Shown: positions 15,607 through 15,713 of the stretch, piece after piece | Layout of the letters: each line of letters begins with the position of its first letter | Position numbering within the stretch: position 1 is the stretch's first letter | DNA from: Bdellovibrionota bacterium | Lineage (GTDB): Bacteria; Bdellovibrionota_C; UBA2361; JBIKUX01 | Assembly (NCBI GenBank): GCA_044347345.1 | Contig: JBIKUX010000038.1 | Coordinates: 1-15,713 of the forward strand | Length of the DNA stretch: 15,713 nt | Direction: 5' to 3' | Position numbers and translations under genes: made by a program | The notes under the pieces: generated by a model | Seen by the model: the letters and a program-made list of their open reading frames with translations, nothing else | Database searches by the model: none | What the model was told of the DNA's origin: nothing

Positions 15607-15713
15607 GTGGCAGTGCGGCGAATAACTCTTGGTAAGAATAATAGAAGTGTATACGGAGGAATAAGGATATTACGTATACTTGGATTAGTAGCAGTACTAA
15701 TTGTTTCAGTAAG
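15607..15713 (+). CDS. Probable 5' part of an exported or membrane-anchored protein, running off the right edge
   Basis: SD AGGA (15597-15600), GTG at 15607, frame open to the window end: MAVRRITLGKNNRSVYGGIRILRILGLVAVLIVSV. A basic n-region is followed by a hydrophobic stretch. Confidence 0.5.
   Translation, partial: MAVRRITLGKNNRSVYGGIRILRILGLVAVLIVSV

Overview
AT-rich (roughly 40% GC by eye) chromosomal segment of a Gram-negative bacterium, with mostly housekeeping and envelope genes; taxonomy cannot be fixed from this window. The minus-strand block reads: TPR lipoprotein, PBP1B-type bifunctional transglycosylase/transpeptidase with a UB2H-like domain, DegP/DegQ protease, panC, coaX. A divergent plus-strand block reads: ruvA, ruvB, DUF4390-like exported protein, NtrY-like sensor kinase with no adjacent response regulator, leuC, leuD, a TonB-family protein, and a probable partial exported protein at the right edge. 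The window opens with a (TTTTGGC)7 tandem repeat followed by ~580 bp of non-coding DNA containing a 17-bp long-range inverted repeat and several hairpins. I found no CRISPR array, transposase, integrase, tRNA or rRNA, and I cannot demonstrate a new system. The best leads, all hypotheses, are: (1) the TPR lipoprotein as an LpoP-like activator of PBP1B; (2) the structured non-coding element at ~231-566 (MITE or ncRNA); (3) a possible Shine-Dalgarno (SD)-sequestering switch at the degP start; (4) the orphan DUF4390-NtrY module.
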